From Callorhinchus milii (lineage: Eukaryota): a DNA stretch of 64,000 nucleotides. The position numbers and the translations under genes were made by a program. How positions within the stretch are numbered: position 1 is the first letter of the stretch; every line of letters begins with the position of its first letter. The notes beneath the pieces are model-generated. The model had not been told where the DNA came from. It worked only from the letters and a program-made list of their open reading frames with translations, and searched no databases. Positions 61,117-64,000 of this stretch are shown here, one piece after another. The stretch lies in assembly GCF_018977255.1 (NCBI RefSeq), contig NW_024704742.1, positions 98,270,001 through 98,334,000 of the forward strand, read 5' to 3'.

Positions 61117-62519
61117 AATCACTCCATATTCCAGCCTTTTGTAACTCCTCCTTATTGTGTGGTTACTAAATTCGAGGAGCTTGTTAATCCCACTAAACTG
61201 AGCAGTTAGATGGCCCCCCACATGCTATCCTATGATTAGTGGCGCCACTTCCCACTTGCTGGAAGTTTATAGGGAAGATGCATACCTCTCTCGGAATATT
61301 TGAGCCCTAGGGAACCGACAGAAACACAATATATAAATAAAAAATATAAACTCACATGGACTATCACCATGGTGATTCTGCTATGGCCTGGAATTTCAGG
61401 CCATAAGCAGAATGTTGACTAGCTGCACCAATGATTTACAGTCTGAAACGTATATGATATCACTAACATTACTAATTCTCACTTAGTGCAAATAGGTTCT
61501 TCTGGGACTGATCTCCCATTTCTAAATTAACATTCTATGTACAGAGGGGCATATACGACCAAGTAGATGTGAATGCTTATAAAACATTGACATTGCTCAT
61601 TTGTAACCTCTGTTATTAGCATCACTAGCCAGTCCTCCCACTAAATAAGCCATACATCCAGGAATCCATTTGCTTGATTAGGATTCTTAACTGGATGTTT
61701 ACACATGCAAGATCTTTTTCTACAATAATTACACATGTTCTCTGGTGAGGTAATAAGTAATTTTTCAACAAGCTTCGCATTTTTTGCCATGACACCACAG
61801 TCAAAAACAGACTCCTCGCTGTTTGGTTTGGGCCTAAATTGCAGCATTTAATTGGTCACCTGGTGGTTAGCCAATAACCCATTCTACAGGAGGTAATGCT
61901 CTGGTTGTTAATGGCCTGGAGACACACTGCTCCCCCCAGGACACTCAGCGGTGCTGGGAATAAAGCAATTTCCTATGCTGCACTCTGTGCCCAATAGCTA
62001 ATCTTCTCTACTTATGAAAAGCACACTATTTAGTTATATGTGTTATTGTTGGTCTACTGACTGCTGGGATGATAATAGGCAGTAATTCTGCAGTGTGTGG
62101 TCTTCAGTGAAGTAGAAATCTGCTGTAGCTTGCTGATTTCTAATTAAGTTTGGTACCTTGTGACAGGCTAACCTGATCAGAACTTCTTAAGATGCTGCTA
62201 TGCATCTTGAATTTTCTGTAATCGTTTTATGTGCACTGAAAGTTTTTTTTATTTGTCTTCCACTTACCCTGCTATCTTTTATTTCTACTGAACCTGGGTC
62301 AATCACATGGTTTGCGCAGTTATGTTTTCTGATAAATATTTCATTTTAAAATTCCAATTTTGTATTTTTTGTTCTGCATGCATTTGAGCTTACTGAAAAC
62401 ACCAATATTCCAGTCCTAGGAAAATGATTAATGGTTAATCTGTTATTTTGCATCCTCTGGGCACACAAACACTTTTTTCCTGTCATTACCTATGCTGCTG
62501 TTGCCAAAAACTGAAGAGT

Positions 62520-62580
62520 TCCTGACGTGAAAAGCGCTATATCAAATGCAAGGATTATTATTATTATTATTATTATTATT
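62520..62580 (+). mobile_element. SINE 3' tip with long (ATT)n
   Basis: TCCTGACGTGAAAAGCGCTATATCAAATGCAAGG(ATT)9. Confidence 0.85.
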
Positions 62581-62699
62581 ACAATGGCTTTGTTTCCTTT
62601 GCATTGACAGAACAATAGTTAGCATAAGGCAAACTTATTGAGAAATAAATGAAGATATTCTCATAATGTGAGTCCATGCAAGGTGAGCAAGTCAAGTAT

Positions 62700-63090
62700 C
62701 ACCCTGACTCAGTTGGTAGCACTCTTGCCCATAAATCAGATGTGGGTCCAAAAGAGTCAGGGGGACTGCTGCATTGTTGGAGGTATTGTCCTTCAGGTTT
62801 CATGAGTCTTGAAACCATCTGTTTAGGTAGACGTTAAAGATCCCATGACACTGTTTGAAAAGATAAGAGAGATTCTCCCAGTGTCCTGGCCAACAATCCC
62901 CTAAATAAAATTAGTAATTAATTTCATGATTGTCTGTTGGACATTGTTGTGTGCAAATTGGCATTTGTCGACAGAAATTCACAGTCACTTGCAAATCTTA
63001 CAGTCCAGATTACTGTAAATCTTGTGAAGCACCTTGAGATGTCCTCCCAATGTGAAAGGCACTATATCAAATGCACAAATTATTAATAAT
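62700..63090 (+). mobile_element. Near full-length Deu-domain SINE with tRNA-like head and L2-type tail
   Basis: CTGACTCAGTTGGTAGCACTCTTGCC head, GACGTTAAAGATCCCATGACACTG core, and GAAAGGCACTATATCAAATGC tail. Confidence 0.8.
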
Positions 63091-64000
63091 ATGAATCAGC
63101 ATTCTCAGGCCCTTAGAACTATTGTAAATAGTACCTGGTAAAGGAGATGCAATAGATAATTGGTGAAATTTCTCCAGCCTTGTGGAAACAAATTTCACCT
63201 TATCCCCTTACCAGATTTAGGTGACTCTCAATCGAAAGTACAGTAAATCTTCTGCCAGGGGAATTTGCAGGTGAATTGAAGTACCTCATCATGTCTTTGA
63301 GACGTCTCAAAGCGCTTCACAGAATATACTGTAAAGTGAGTTGACTGCAGATTTTCTGGGCGAAACAACTTGATTTACATCATTATTTGTTTGCCTTCAA
63401 GATTTATTCATTTCGTGAAGACATTTTGCCAGATAAATGTAGAGCAGAAAAGGATTTGAGTAAATAGTACCATAAAATAAATATATCAGCTAGTTTTTGA
63501 TAAACATCATTTGTTTTTAAAAAAATTGTTTGTTCATTACTATCTATGACTGGACAGGGTTTGGCAATGGTAAAGCAACGAACACAGAGTGAGAGTAAAC
63601 GATAAATCTACTTTTGTTTTTAGCGTATTGAAAGCTTTCTAACTGCAGTTATAAATTCTCACTAGCTGTAACTTAGTATGTCTTCCAGCCGAATACAGTG
63701 GTTTGCATTATCTGGAGAATGCCTATCAAACTGTACACCTACACCTCACTGTTTCACAGCTGCCAGAGAAATAAAGACATTTAAATATCCCATATCTCAA
63801 CGAATGACATTAAGACTTTAGTTGGCTGATAAAATGTACAGTATGTCAGGATTCTCTTCTGAGCAGCTTTCCATTATCATAATTTTCAACTGCCTGCTGA
63901 ATACCAATGTTTGAGTTGGAAGATGCACTATCTGATTGATAATTAAACAGTTTATAAGGAAAAAGGCCAAACTGGGACTCATATGTATAAGCCTGCTGAG

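Overview
This is repeat-dense, AT-rich vertebrate DNA. I found no intact host protein-coding gene, so it is probably intergenic or inside a large intron. The repeats are L2 LINEs with (TTG)n tails, CR1 LINEs with octamer tails, an abundant tRNA-derived SINE with an L2-type 3' stem-loop and (TTA)n tail, and older Deu-domain SINEs. This mix is typical of a cartilaginous fish, possibly a holocephalan such as Callorhinchus (inference). Almost all long ORFs are L2/CR1 ORF2 pieces or their shadow frames. The main observations are: (1) a degraded, apparently intronless SPC24 fragment fused head-to-head with a SINE tail and bracketed by splice signals (42.2-42.4 kb); (2) two young L2 copies each inserted into a CR1 ORF2, one forming a SINE-in-L2-in-CR1 nest with an in-frame chimeric ORF; (3) covariation in the shared L2/SINE 3' stem-loop; (4) a foldback element next to a 22-23 bp GAGGAACTGAA minisatellite (19.2-20.0 kb); (5) several hairpin MITEs, a Harbinger transposase remnant and two local duplications. 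I found no convincing new multi-gene system, CRISPR array or functional RNA gene. All identifications are by eye and from recalled sequence, and boundaries of old repeats are approximate.
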